Shown: positions 41,201-53,984, numbered from the whole stretch's first letter. The stretch is DNA of 63,082 nt, filler included, from Reticulomyxa filosa (GCA_000512085.1; 19 parts of 19 records of this genome joined end to end with filler, not necessarily neighbours in it); one strand, 5' to 3'. The notes: a model not told the origin generated them from the letters alone. Made by a program: numbers and translations.

Positions 41201-41367
41201 TGATTAACTGCTTTGTCAATCGAAGACATTTGCAACTCTGGGCTATCTTTGCCCCAAAATTGATGTTTGACATAGTCGCTGTTATTGTTATTGATATCTT
41301 GTGCTTAATGCTTTCATTTGTTTCAACTGTTCTTCCTTACCTTTTTCATATGTTTGTCACGACATAA
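38263..41367 (+). CDS. PIGO: GPI ethanolamine phosphate transferase 3 (PIG-O/Gpi13)
   Basis: LIDALKMDF, DPPTVTAERIKGLMTGSLPTF, DLHTVD, AHFQGVDHVGH, GDHGMTDSGDHGG, FFATGH and RRHLQLWAIFAPK. Two introns; 1-nt frameshift ~41183. Confidence 0.95.
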
Positions 41368-41894
41368 CTTTTTTCAAGGTTGATATATAATCGCGAATGA
41401 TGAGACTCATCAAAATAAACCACTACAATTTTATTTGCGAAAATCAATCTTTTTAAGTGATATCTACACATCTTGGTGAATCCAAAATGTACTTAATTAC
41501 AAAACTCTCAAAGAAAAAAGCTGTTCTTTTTAAAAATCAAGCATTAAAAGTTGCGATTCTTCATATTTCGTTTTGTAGATGTGGTTTAAAAAGCTGCGGT
41601 TTTCATACATAAAATAGCAAATGTGAGGGTCCATTTTAGTGGATTTTTTTCCGATTAGTTTTCGTACTTTCCAAATTTTCACAAAAAAATGAATTTCGAG
41701 AAAAAAGCCGGAAAGTGACAGATACGAATATTGATAGTGTTTTTTGTAAAAGAAATCACTTTGTATCGCAAGGCCATATTTGCTTGCTTGAGAATAGCAA
41801 AGAAATATTATACCCTCTAATGCACACAACAAAAGAAAACCACACGCACAAACTCTCAAAAAAAAAAACGAACTAGCAGTTAAGGTAAAATAAG

Positions 41895-42670
41895 TTAATT
41901 TTTTTTGGCGACGCATCCAACATAATAGACTTCCGGGAATGCTTGCAAAGTCTGCATACATTTTTGCGATGGCTTGTCGTCTAATTCAATTTGACAACAA
42001 CAGCTCTGTGCACCTTTGAAAACGAATTGTTCATATTCTGTACGTTGATGCGTTCCAACGAAATGACATCCAAGCATTTCGCCAACACTCCGGCTTTTCC
42101 TCATGACGAATTGTCAATAGATATTTTGCAGGGCTTTGATCTTCCAAGTTAACACAGTTGGGCACGAATGCCTTTTTAGTGTAAGCGCGAACAATATTCA
42201 ACACCTCCTCGCCTATCCCCCCCGCCAAAAGCAAGCAAAAACGAAATGCCACGTATACATGTACACGTATATTTTTTTGTTATCATTTTACAAGTTCCAC
42301 TTGCAAACAATATGAAAGAGACCAACTAACCAACGGCTTCTTCAGCTTGTTCAGTGGAAGCGCCAATGTGATGGGTAACATAAATATTTGGATTAGACGA
42401 AATAGCGACATCTTTGAACTCCTTGGCGTTGGCTTCAGGTTCATTATTCATGACATCCAATCCAAAGCGCAGCCGCTTTTTCTCGATCATTTCAATCATA
42501 TCCTTTTCGTTAATGATCCCACCACGTGCCGTGTTAATAACCAGTGCTCCATCTTTCAATACGCTCAGCACGTCTTTGTTGATGATATCTTTCGTGTCCT
42601 TGCAAAAGGCCAAGTGTATAGTTACAGCATCTGCACCACGACAAGCGTCTAACAAATTTTCGGCTGTAAA
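41895..42670 (-). CDS. serA: D-3-phosphoglycerate dehydrogenase with C-terminal ACT domain, 5' partial, two 1-nt frameshifts
   Basis: INTARGGII, GLDVMNNEP, THHIGASTEQAEEAVG and NCVNL. The restored ACT reads RHEEKAGVLAKCLDVISLERINVQEYEQFVFKGA. Confidence 0.9.
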
Positions 42671-42899
42671 CAGTACATGACGTACATACGTATACACAAC
42701 AACACAAACAAAAAAAAAGAATTTAATAGGTTATAATTAAAACACTAACACCCCTCCCCCCNNNNNNNNNNNNNNNNNNNNNNNNNNNNNNNNNNNNNNN
42801 NNNNNTTAATTAATTAANNNNNNNNNNNNNNNNNNNNNNNNNNNNNNNNNNNNNNNNNNNNCAGTAACGGAAATGAAAAAAAAAAAAAAAAAAAAAAAA

Positions 42900-43888
42900 G
42901 TGGTATCGATATTTGCGATTGCAACACTGAGATTGGCTGCAAGTTTAATCTGTGTTCCAATCACTTGTTCAAAAGGGAGTGCGATCCGGACAATTGTGCC
43001 ATGGGTACCAAATACGCGGCTAAGTGTCAAAATCGTCAATTTCAACGTTTGCAACATCACAATTTCGTTGCCATTAAACAGGTTTCTTTTTCTTTCAGTG
43101 TTTCGTCCTTCCTACACTTGCACTTGTTTTGTACAGACCTTTCTGCGTGGACTAGGCGCTTACGCAACAAAGACCTTTGAGTCGAACGAATTGGTGTGCG
43201 AATATGTAGGTGAAATGATCACGGTGGAGGAAAGCGAGAAACGCTTGCAACACATGAACGAACAACGCGCTCCCAATTTCTATTTTTTTCAAATCAATTC
43301 CAAATTGGTTGCTGATGCCACCAACGCTGGCAATGAGGCCCGATTCCTGAATCACTCTTGTGATCCCAATTGCGAAACCGCCATCTGGTATTTTTTTTTT
43401 TTCTTCTTCCTTTTGTTCCACCCTTTTTTTGTTATTTTTTTTTTATTAAAAAAAATAACAAAAAAAGGTACGTAAATGGAGAAATGCGCGTCGGAATTTT
43501 TGCTTTGAGATCAATAAAATTGGACGAGGAGTTAACTTATGATTATAAATACGTTGTCAAAAATCCCGATATTCGAACTCTAGCAGTTGACATATTTACA
43601 TACATACGTATACACATTATCTCTTTTGCAATATCAATTATGAAATATACACGAGTCGGTCTTTCTTCCTCTTCTTCCACGTGCTTTGGATAGAAATGTT
43701 ATTGCGGAGCGATCAAGTGTTGTCGCTATCTGGGACTTCCTCGAAAGTCTTCGACCAAAAATTCATCCAATCGAAAGGAAGTGCAAGAGAGCACAAAGAT
43801 TTCAAAGCATAAAAAAGTAAAGACAAAACAAGATCGAAGCAAACTGATATCGATGTTGACGAAGACCACAGTGATGATTAGTGAGTGA
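42900..43888 (+). CDS. AWS-SET-postSET histone lysine methyltransferase (SET2/ASH1/NSD class), partial
   Basis: CQNRQFQ, RGLG, EYVGE, DATNAGNEARFLNHSCDPNC, VGIFALRSI..EELTYDY and CYCGAIKC. Confidence 0.93.
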
Positions 43889-44359
43889 GTCTCAATGCTC
43901 ATGCGCTATTCAATCAATGTGTGCTCTCTTTTCAATCTGGAGAAGGGGAGACATGGTTAAATATATATTTTTATATATACATGTATATCAAATGCAATTA
44001 ATAAAAAAAACAAAACAAAACCAAAGATGTCATCATTGTGTTTGGTGCATTTGATAAACTACGCTCTTACCCTTTTTGGAACAATGTGAAGGTGCAATTT
44101 TCATTATAACGACTTGTATCTAACGGTTTGCGTGGTTATTGATTGTTTTTCTTTATATCTTTTGTTTCTATTATTTAACGTTCAACAAATAAAACTGCAA
44201 CAATAATATTCTCTTCAGCAGCAAATCTCTGGTTTTCTCTTTGCCATTTTTTTTTTCAGTTACGTAATCGTGAAAAAAATTTGAAGTGCAGGGGCTCTTT
44301 CAAAACAAAACTCGGGACCCTTCTTTGAGGTTCGAATTTGGACAAGTTTGTGGACGACA

Positions 44360-45772
44360 ATGTTCAAATTTTGCTTAAGACACAGATTTTGTGTCTTACT
44401 CTCGTTACTAGGATACATGGTAATGTTTTTTGCCTTTATGAATAGTGAAACTTGGAAAGTACTGGAGAAAGAAGTGAATGGATTTTCAAAGATAGTTGAG
44501 CAAAGGAAAATAGATGTGAAACACACACTAAAGAACACCTACAAAAACAACCCATACAACAACAAAATTCGAGTATACGGATTACATCATTGCCCAAATG
44601 TGAAAAAAGAAAATCCCAAAGTGCGTCCGCGCAAGGCATTTAAAAAGCTTGCCATCAGTGGAATGTACAATAGTGGAACAAATGCACTGTACTCACTATT
44701 GAAAAGCAATTGCAAACCATCCAAAAATTATAATGAAGCAGTATGGCAAATAAAGTGGGGAAAGCATGGATACCCATATAAAATAGACGAAATAACATTG
44801 AAAAAAAATGCAAGCTCATTCCAATTGTTTTCAAAAGAATTGGAAGAAGTGTTGCCTGTGTATGTAATTCGAGATCCATTAACTTGGATTAAATCCGTTT
44901 GTCGGAATGCATATACCATTGAGTTTCGCAGCAAAATGGACAAAAATCCCACCTTTTGGCAATTTATGTTATGTCCGCGATTGCTTAATGTCAGTAGTTG
45001 TAAATGGCACAACCAATCGTTTGACACAATTGCTGATCTATGGAACCAATGGTACTCGATGCCATTTTTATATGAACAAAAACCTTTTGTTACACAAAAT
45101 CAATTGTTCGGCTTGGACTTTGGTTTTGATATCTATTCAAAACAGAATTTACACGTTCATTTTAATTGGGCCCCTTTCCTTCAAACTTTTCCATTTGCAG
45201 ATGACTTACTCATTTTTGACCCTGTCAACTGGACTTTACCTGATTTCAATTGGTCAATCACATCCATGAAAAGATATGAAGAGTCCTTATTTTGGTGGAA
45301 AAACCTCCACTCTCATTCAGCTCTAAGTTTGCCTTTTCTCATGATTCGATTTGAAGATTTGCTATTCAAACCAACTCAAATTTTATCTCTTTTGTGTCAA
45401 TGTATCGATGGTGATTTCGATCCAACTAACGTTAGCGTGCCGGAAGCTCCCTCGAAAGATCATGGAATTGAAACGAGTAATCGAAGCCAAGCGCTTCACA
45501 CATACGGCTATCACTCTTATCGTTATTTGGATTTCTACCCTTTTGACTTACAATTTCTGCAGCACAATCTGAATCCCAAACTGGTAGAAATGTTTGGTTA
45601 TGATATCCCGCCTTTGTCAACTTTCAACTTTACTCGTCTGGAAAAGGAATGGTTTTCTCCAAAAAAACGTGGAGAAGTCCAACTTTTTTATGAATTGCAA
45701 AATCGAATTCGTTCATTAAAAAAAAAATCGAGTAGTACAAGTCGTACTTCATCTTCTAATATAACTTCCTAA
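44360..45772 (+). CDS. Sulfotransferase-like type II membrane protein, intronless
   Basis: 5'PSB-like GMYNSGTNAL, WGKH, 3'PB VIRDPLTWIKS and IRFEDLL. N-terminal TM. Confidence 0.8.
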   Translation: MFKFCLRHRFCVLLSLLGYMVMFFAFMNSETWKVLEKEVNGFSKIVEQRKIDVKHTLKNTYKNNPYNNKIRVYGLHHCPNVKKENPKVRPRKAFKKLAISGMYNSGTNALYSLLKSNCKPSKNYNEAVWQIKWGKHGYPYKIDEITLKKNASSFQLFSKELEEVLPVYVIRDPLTWIKSVCRNAYTIEFRSKMDKNPTFWQFMLCPRLLNVSSCKWHNQSFDTIADLWNQWYSMPFLYEQKPFVTQNQLFGLDFGFDIYSKQNLHVHFNWAPFLQTFPFADDLLIFDPVNWTLPDFNWSITSMKRYEESLFWWKNLHSHSALSLPFLMIRFEDLLFKPTQILSLLCQCIDGDFDPTNVSVPEAPSKDHGIETSNRSQALHTYGYHSYRYLDFYPFDLQFLQHNLNPKLVEMFGYDIPPLSTFNFTRLEKEWFSPKKRGEVQLFYELQNRIRSLKKKSSSTSRTSSSNITS

Positions 45773-46093
45773 AGTTGCTCTCACTTTCTTAACTCATGCT
45801 ACTGTTTTTTTTTCGAAAGTCGAAAATGTAATTTGTTATTTTCATACTAACTTGGATATTCTTATTCATTGGTTGTTTTAAAACAGAAAAAAAAAAGACA
45901 AAGCGAATCAATTAACCTCAAAAGCAAAACAAATATTTCTTCTCCCATCCCTTTTTTTTGTAATCCTAACTTTGTTACTTTAGAAAGTAATAAAATAAAA
46001 AGTCGCAAAGAAAAATATTCAAAATAAAAGTTTTTACAGATCAGAACAAAATATTTTTTGGATCAGTTGCTATGTTATTCATTTTTCTCTCAA

Positions 46094-47520
46094 TTATACT
46101 TTCGTTGTGTCTTGTTCTGTGAGGACGGCATCATCATTTTCATTGGGTTTATCAAAAACAACGGAGGGCGCATCGCTTACACGATTGGGTGTAGGCCCGC
46201 TTGGTTTTCTGTACAAATCAGACTGGACACTATTTTGTTTTAATCTGGCAGGATCATCGCCAACTATCATTTCCAATGCTTTGCCATTGACCTCTTCATT
46301 TTCCACGGTTGCAGTGTCGCCTCCTTTCGAAGATCTTGCACCATTCTCTTCCTTTATATACATGTCATCACTGCCACTTTCCTCGTTGGCTTGTGTGTTG
46401 GAACGTGCAGGCTTTTGTTCATTCTTTCTTTGTTTTATTTTTTTTAAGTGTAGAAAGTTTGGAGGAAGCTTGCAAAAAAAAAAAGAAAATCTAACCAAAA
46501 CAGGCGTTCCACTATATGCGTCAGTAGTCAATATTGCTCCGGTAACGAGTTGAGCATTGTTGATTTTGGCAGTGTCGACTTCGGCCAAATTGGTTTGCCC
46601 AGTAACAAAGCCTTCTTCTTCAATTGAGTTGTTTTGAGCGATAACAGGAGCTTCGGTGGGCTTGTCGTCGTAGTTGTCACTCTTTCCTTCGATCTGTCGT
46701 CGCAAGTTTTCAACTTGCACCTGAATTACTCCTTTGCGATACATTGCCCCACAAACCACACAAACTGCACACAACACGACAATAACAATCAACACCGATA
46801 TCAAAATCGCTTGGCTGGCATTCGAATTCGATTTGTTTTTCGCATTTTTAAATTCATTACCACTTGCTATTAGTTTTTTTTAATAGTTTTTATTTATATT
46901 GTAGTTTAGCCAATAAATCTAAAAAAACAAACAAAATTACGTATACCACAAATATGCATACAACTTGTTGAATAAGCACTTGTCGGACTCGCGGTTGTGG
47001 TTGGGGATGCGGTTGTGGGAGGGGCAAAAGAAGGCGCCGCAGATGGAGAATATGTCGGTGTAAATGGTGCGCGAGTGGGTGCCGCTGTTGGGTTATAAGA
47101 AGGACGATGCGTTGGACTGATAGTTGGGGGTTGTGTAAAAGGACAAGTGTACGTGGAAAAACTGGTTCCCAACGTTGTTCCCCCAACGCTGAAGCAATGG
47201 TGGCTGTTCATTGTCGACCATGACATGTCAAATATTTGATTGCCTGCCACTGCCTTGCATGTCAGCCGTGGATTTCGCACGTTTGCGAGCACACTCTTTG
47301 TCCACGTTTGTCCAATGTCAAAGTTGTCACCCCAATACACTACTACTGTTTGATTCGTCGAAGGGTCTGTGTAGTAATGCGTGCAACTGCACACATACCA
47401 CCCGTTTTGGTCGACTTGGAAATTGAAGTAATGTGTGCCACCCTCGCTTCCTATCCATTCCTTGCAAAATAATGTCAACAATAGCATTTTGTACAATACA
47501 CTACCATACCACCATTCCAT
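46094..47520 (-). CDS. Single-pass surface protein: cholesterol-dependent cytolysin domain-4-like ectodomain + Pro/Thr stalk + TM + acidic cytoplasmic tail, 3 exons
   Basis: DQNGWYV / ANVRNPRLTCKAVAG / FSVGGTTL motifs; PT repeats 46980-47140; intron ~46868-46965; TM ILISVLIVIVVLCAVCVVCGAMYRK. Confidence 0.72.
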
Positions 47521-49416
47521 GTCTATGTCTTACTTCCACGTGGAATCCTATAATTTTTTTTTTTGTGTTGTGTATGTCACCACCCCAATAAAGTCAAGAA
47601 ACGGGTGTACGTGGGACCACTGTTTTTTTTTTTGTTGCTGGTCGCACAAAAAACGTAACGCCAAGCAGAAACGAACAAAAAATTTTGAAAAATCTATTTG
47701 TCTTTCCAAAAGATTTAATTGAAATCCAAACGAAACGTTTATTTTTTTTCTTCCTTGTCTCTTGGACCCTTCCGACCTGGCCGCAAAAAAAGAGGCACCG
47801 ACACTACTTTAGCTTACTTTGTATTTTTGGCACTGAAGTAAGGACAAAGTTATATCAAAAAACTTTTCTAATCCATGTTTTGTCTTTGTATTGTTAAATT
47901 ATTGTTCTGGTGTGTCACTATCAATTACTTTTAAAAACAGTCGTTTGGAGATTGAAACGTAAAATTCACAAACATGCCAACTACAGCTGTTACTTTTCAT
48001 GAGATTTTGATGTAAAATAGATTATAGAAATAACAAATTGCATAAAGTTTAGTTTAAAAAAAGAAAAATAATGAACTTGTGAGTCAAAAAAAAATAATTA
48101 ACCATTGGAACAGGAAAAAGGGAAAAGAAAATGCGAGAATATTATCTCAAGAAATGTGAGTAGTATTGCTCTTGCAGTATTGAAAAGTAGAGAGGTTTCA
48201 TTCAGTTCATTCGCTTGTTGTCAAGTGTTTAATGGAAATATAATCAAACCATGGACAACATGTTCGATGCACATTATATTTATAACTTCAGTATTTCAAA
48301 TCATTGGCATGTTTCGTATCAACACTTTTATAACAACAATAATATTAACAAAATGACATTGAGGCAGATGTGTGTTATTACAACAAAATACAGAGACTAC
48401 ACGAATCTTTGACAAAGTTGACAAGTGACTGCACGTCGAATGGCATATAAATTACGTGCAAGAATAAGGATACGTGTGAGTGTAAAAGCACATAAACGGA
48501 ATATGCGATGCAAAGATTTGTTCTGTATGGAGCTGGACAACAGCGGCACGCACAAGACACAACGCGAATAGTAAATTTATTACGAACCAAGGAAAGATAT
48601 CTGGAAGTTGATTCATCCGTAATATCAACATTGCAGTGACTGTCATTTTAACTTATCATGTGAATAATTTGCAATCGTACGAAATCGCAGCTACAGATCA
48701 GAAATTGAAATGCAACGTATCAATATATGAAGCAGATGTGCATGTTTCTCCAAAGCTGGCAAGCGAGGAGCTGTGATCCAAGCGGACATGCACAACTGCA
48801 ATATGATGTATGTGATATGGAGCAATTGTGATTGAAAAGTTATCAACTTTGCATTGGATTGCATTCAGATCGGAAGTCACAACATCTGGACAGCAAGCAC
48901 AATTGGATAAACTCTTTTCAATTGTGACACGTTCATATTTTTTTGTAATGTTTTTTTTTTTTCTTAAATGTAGTAAAGCAAGAATAATCCAAATGTTTGA
49001 GCAAAATAGTTAGTTTTTTTTTTTTACTTTGTTGAGCAAAGATTTTTTTTAAGACGAGAAAGAAGACAATAACATTTCGAGTTTTTTAAAAAAAAATGAA
49101 ACATAATAAAAGACAGTTTCTTGATCAAGTATCTTTATTCAAAAATAAATCTTTTAAATTGAGTGGTCAAGTAATTTTACAATAAAAGAAGTTAAAATAT
49201 CACTTTATTAATATTATTTGTTTCCCTTTTTTGACAAATCCTGCACCACAAAGTAAGGAATAATCACTTTTTAAAAGCTCACTCAAAAAACAAAAAATGT
49301 GTTTATAATAGAATTTCTTTCAAGAAAAACAATTTACAAATTAGAGTGAGTGTTTCAAAGTTCCTTTTTTGTTGTTGTTTTTTGTAACAGTTAAAAAGTA
49401 CGATTTTAGCAACATA

Positions 49417-49833
49417 ATGACTTCATCTGTTGAACATAAGAAATATCTCATTTTTGAAGATACTCGTTCTAGTTTTGTTTTGTTTTATTTTTTTGTATTT
49501 ACGAGAAAGAGGTCATCCAAAAAAAAAAAGAATCAACAACAACAAAAAAAAAAAAAAAAAAGATGGTCCCAATTGTGCTTCCTCGTTTTTGACAAAGGAA
49601 GCAAATTGGTTTGATATGAATTCAGAAATTTTGGTCCCAAGTTCGTGTATTACTAAAGGTAGCGATGGAGAATCTTACCTAGAATTTGACAAATCCAAGG
49701 CAACAGACGAAAGTGGAGTACTTATTCTCATATCAGTAACATTTGTCATGTCTATCTTGATTTACATTGGATGGCGTTCCAAAAGGCCAGACATTGTAGA
49801 TTGGCTTCGCCTTGTCACTATTTACGCAGCAGG
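49417..49833 (+). CDS. Hypothetical membrane protein, 5' part
   Basis: Short spliced ORF with TM VLILISVTFVMSILIYIGW that ends at a GTTAA donor at the contig end. Confidence 0.4.
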
Positions 49834-50279
49834 TTAAANNNNNNNNNNNNNNNNNNNNNNNNNNNNNNNNNNNNNNNNNNNNTTAATTAATTAANNNNNN
49901 NNNNNNNNNNNNNNNNNNNNNNNNNNNNNNNNNNNNNNACCATCACTCTAAAGAAAAACTTCGGGGTCGAAGCCAAACCCCGTGTCCAAATAAAAATTCA
50001 AAGGTTTTTTTTATTATTTTTATTATTTTTTTTGATAAAAAGTATACGTTTGTTTATGAATAGGCATGCCCCCCCATCAAAAAAAAAAATGTTTGTTCTC
50101 TCCCTCACCGTTCAAAAGAAAAAATTATAGAAAGATTGTAATTGGAGCTTTTAGCTCCGAAATCAAGTTTTGTTTGTTTGTTTTTTCTCTTAAAAAAATT
50201 AAAAATTGTTGATATGTTGATAGGAGTCAAGATCGATCGATTTGGAAATTTTTATATTTTTTATTTTTATTTTTTATTT

Positions 50280-50625
50280 GATTGATAGGGATGGGAAGAT
50301 TGGGGGAAAATAAAAAATGATGGAAAAAATATAGGGAAAAAATGGGGGAAAAAAATGAAGATAAAGGTTGGGGAAAAAATTAGATGAAAAAGGGAAGGAA
50401 AGTGGGAAAAAATGAGATAAAAAAGGGGGGAAAAGGGGGAAAAAGTTGGAAGAAAATTTTATTAAGAAAAGAAAATTTAAAAAGAATTCTAAATAAAAAA
50501 GAAAAAAAATGTTAAAATAAAAATTAAAAATTAAAAAAAATGACAATGAGAAAAAAGAAAATGAGAAAAAAAGATAAAAAGAATAAAAAAAAGAAAGAAA
50601 AAGAAGAAAAATAAGAAAATGAAAA
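50280..50625. repeat. Purine-rich (A/G) low-complexity tract
   Basis: Almost only A/G runs; may be low-quality sequence. Confidence 0.6.
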
Positions 50626-52024
50626 TTGTGTGAAGACAAAGCAACAGCAGCAACCATATTCTTGGCGCAGGCAGATTCTAGTGAAGCTGACATTTGTGAA
50701 AATTTGCTCCAATTTTATTTAACGGAAAGAGCAATCGACGTGACTTCATTTGCCGAACAAGCGCCAAGATTTTTATTTTATTTTTCAATGATCAATATAT
50801 CATGCAGCTTTTTGAACTTGGTTATGGAATTTATCATTTACGTATGGAAACTCGCAAAATCGCCACTCGCGTGCGTGGCTAGCTTCCCATAGCGTGATCC
50901 AGTGAAAAACGCAGAACGATTGCGGAAATGTATCATTGGAAATCCGAATTTCGACTGCAGGCGCCAAAAAAACAACGGTACTCAATTGTTATGAGCACAA
51001 AAAAAAAATTATAGACTATTTGTATGCGTGCGCCATTCTCAAATTTGGAGTTTAGGTCGTAGATATACCGATAGAATCAACAAACACGCCCAAGAATGAA
51101 AAAAAAAAAAAAGAAAAACTCACTACCTCATTAGATCACAAATTGAAAGTGGGATACACTGAAATAACGCGCAAACTTTGTCTATCATTACAAATGCAGT
51201 TATGTTTGCAAGTACAAACTCCATCAGATCAATACCGGGCAATAGAGATCTTAGCCGCCAAATGACAAAAGCAAGCCTACCAAGAGAAAAAAAAGAAGGA
51301 TGTTGTAGTACGCTCAAAGTAGATATACCAACATTATGGTGTCGCAACGGCGGCAGAGAAAACGTGGAAAGTGATGAAGTTGTTAAAAAAAACTCACTTC
51401 TGACGATCAAGAAAATCGCCACTTCAGGAGAATCGTTTCATGATAGTGGTTCAATTTCGCGGAGGAGTTGTGCGAAACTCCGTCAACACGTCAGCAAACA
51501 AGAAGAAAAAGATAATGTGGATGATGAGTATGATGAAGATAATAAAGAGAATTTTTTTAATAAAAAAAACTCGTCTACCAGATTGCCGAGTTTGGTTATT
51601 GGCTCTTCACGACTGAGAGTGAAGATTTTGCGTTTCCAAACATGCATCGAACTGCAATTTATTGGCTCCAACAAATAAAGTTGTTATAGAAATGATACTA
51701 AATGTTCGTGTCAAAACGGTTCGTGTTCGTGCGCACAGTCGCAACTTTGGGTTTCAAATAGTTAGTGTGCTGCTAATGTGAGGAGTGAGCTTGCGAGTGA
51801 CATAAATATTGCTTGTCTGTGACTATAGAAAGAGAAAAAAAGCTAGCTGTGTTTCTTGGCTCCATCACTGTGAAAGTCTTGTGCCTTGCGTTATTCGGCA
51901 AAGATGATCGGCGCTTGTTCGACANNNNNNNNNNNNNNNNNNNNNNNNNNNNNNNNNNNNNNNNNNNNTTAATTAATTAANNNNNNNNNNNNNNNNNNNN
52001 NNNNNNNNNNNNNNNNNNNNNNNN

Positions 52025-52070
<46 letters not shown>

Positions 52071-52085
52071 TATATATAATAATAA

Positions 52086-52875
52086 ACTCTTCGCAGCTTT
52101 ACAACAAACAAAAAGCCCATCAAAATTTGGAAAGCAATTTCGAGAAGAGCGTACAAAGAGACGCCGTATTGATAGAGGGGCACATGTGAAGCGATGAACA
52201 TCTTGGTCGTGCAGATGCTGATGCCAATGGCATGCACGGGCACGAGTTCGGTGCCGATGACAAAGAGTCCATAGTAGAAGACAAGTGTCATGGTGGTGAG
52301 TTGGAGCATTACGTAGAAAAACGTGAGTGCGAGTAGGAAAGGGCGCTTGTATGCAAGTGCTGACGCACTAAAGGTCATGTCGATGCGCACCATGAAACAA
52401 CACCAAAGACAGATCTTACTGATGTAGTATGCGCACCATCCAAATACATAACCAAAGGCACATGATACCATTGTGTGCGGACCAATGTCCATTACAATGT
52501 TCGTTTTAAACATAGAGTATGCCACACACACCACAAAGAAACTCACAAACACCGCTATATTCGTTTGCTTCCCCAGTCTTGTCATCTTTGATTCGTTTCC
52601 GAAACACAGCTGCTTCGTTATGTGCACCATTGCTACGCCGATTGTCACTACGCCCACAAATGATGATACCACCATCAATAGTACCACTGGGGCATTGAAC
52701 GATTGCACTGCTTCTGATGCTTCGTTTTTTGTTTTTTTTTTGTTTTGTTTTATTGTTGTTTTGTTTTACTTGCTGCTGCACAAACCAAGCTCTTCATCTC
52801 TCGTTTTTTCATTCTCAATCCCAATTGTTAACTTGAGTGGACTGGAGAAGAAGAAGGAGATACATGCGCTGACAT
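52086..52875 (-). CDS. 7TM (GPCR-like) membrane protein, 3' partial
   Basis: Five successive TM helices, Cys at the start of TM3 (SCAFG) and in ECL2 (ICTT), FMVRIDMTF..SALAY. It runs into a (TA)n intron. Confidence 0.7.
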
Positions 52876-53984
52876 GGTTTTGTTAGAGTATTTATATATT
52901 TATTGTCTTTGTTCGGTGACCTTTTTTAACAAACAAACTAATTCGGGCTTATATGTATATGCATGCACGGAGAGATATGAAAGAATTTACAATACTTTAT
53001 AATACTGCAATTCGCTTTTTTTTGCTTTCTGGGAAAAAATTACAAATGTAAAGACTCCTGGTACTTTGCTTCTTTTGAGTTAAAAAGAAGGTATCATCAA
53101 CTTGTTGCTCAATTAATAGTCATTATTTGCCCAGCCACCTTTTGCTTATTAAAAAATAGAAAGTCGCCTTTTACAAGTATATAAACACGAAGTCAATTTT
53201 TCAGTCACGCAAATGCAAACGTAATGCTAAAAATATACAGAACGCTCGGCTACTCATTCTGAGACACGAAACCAAAAGCAAGCCTTGTTTAAAACCATCT
53301 CATTCCATTTTTATTTTAATTCTATGTTTTTAAAATAGTAAACTGGCAAATATCTATTACAACTTGTTTTCGTCGTTTTTAAAGGTTCCTCACAAACTTG
53401 GTTTTCAAGTATTAAAAAAACTTGATCTTAATAACAATAATGTGAAATCCAAAAAATGTTTGAAGAAGTCTCAGCTATCTTGTTAAAACACTGCGGAAAA
53501 GTTGCAACATTTGAATGCTTGCTATGTCATGAGACTGCAACATTGCAACGGAATTGACACGTAAATACCACGGATGTGCTTGGTTGTGGAACAGAACGTC
53601 TCAAAGGCATTGAAGATAAACATATTTGATTTTGATGAATTTATTTTAAAAAATGTTGTTGTTGTATTTTCAAATGGAAGATGTTGTTATTTCACTATGA
53701 AAATCACAAACACTCACAATGACCTCAGAAAAAAAATTATTTTTCAAGCAAATCAAATCCAAACGAAAGTGCTTTTCCAAATTTCATTTCTTTGTGTCCT
53801 CTATCAACATATCTTTGTCTTTCTTAGCAAATGGATGTAGAAAAGACAAAGACTGTTTCAACTTTGCTTGTAGAGAACACGTTACAACAAATTTTCTCGT
53901 GTCGCTATCAAAAATGTAATTGTGATGCTTTTTAACAAAAAAAAGCAATAAACATGTTTTACACAAAGCACAAATTTGAAACAA

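Noticed and set aside
34813-45772. Glycan-modification gene cluster (GT34, PIG-O, sulfotransferase)
   Set aside because: The genes lie on different contigs or are interspersed with unrelated housekeeping genes; no evidence of a functional cluster.
48100-48930. Coding-like stretch (also 22700-23030 and 51100-51900)
   Set aside because: Broken or featureless ORFs with no motif I can identify; possibly decayed genes, but not supportable.
50274-50712. Phe-rich 'membrane protein' ORFs
   Set aside because: Translations of an A/G low-complexity tract.
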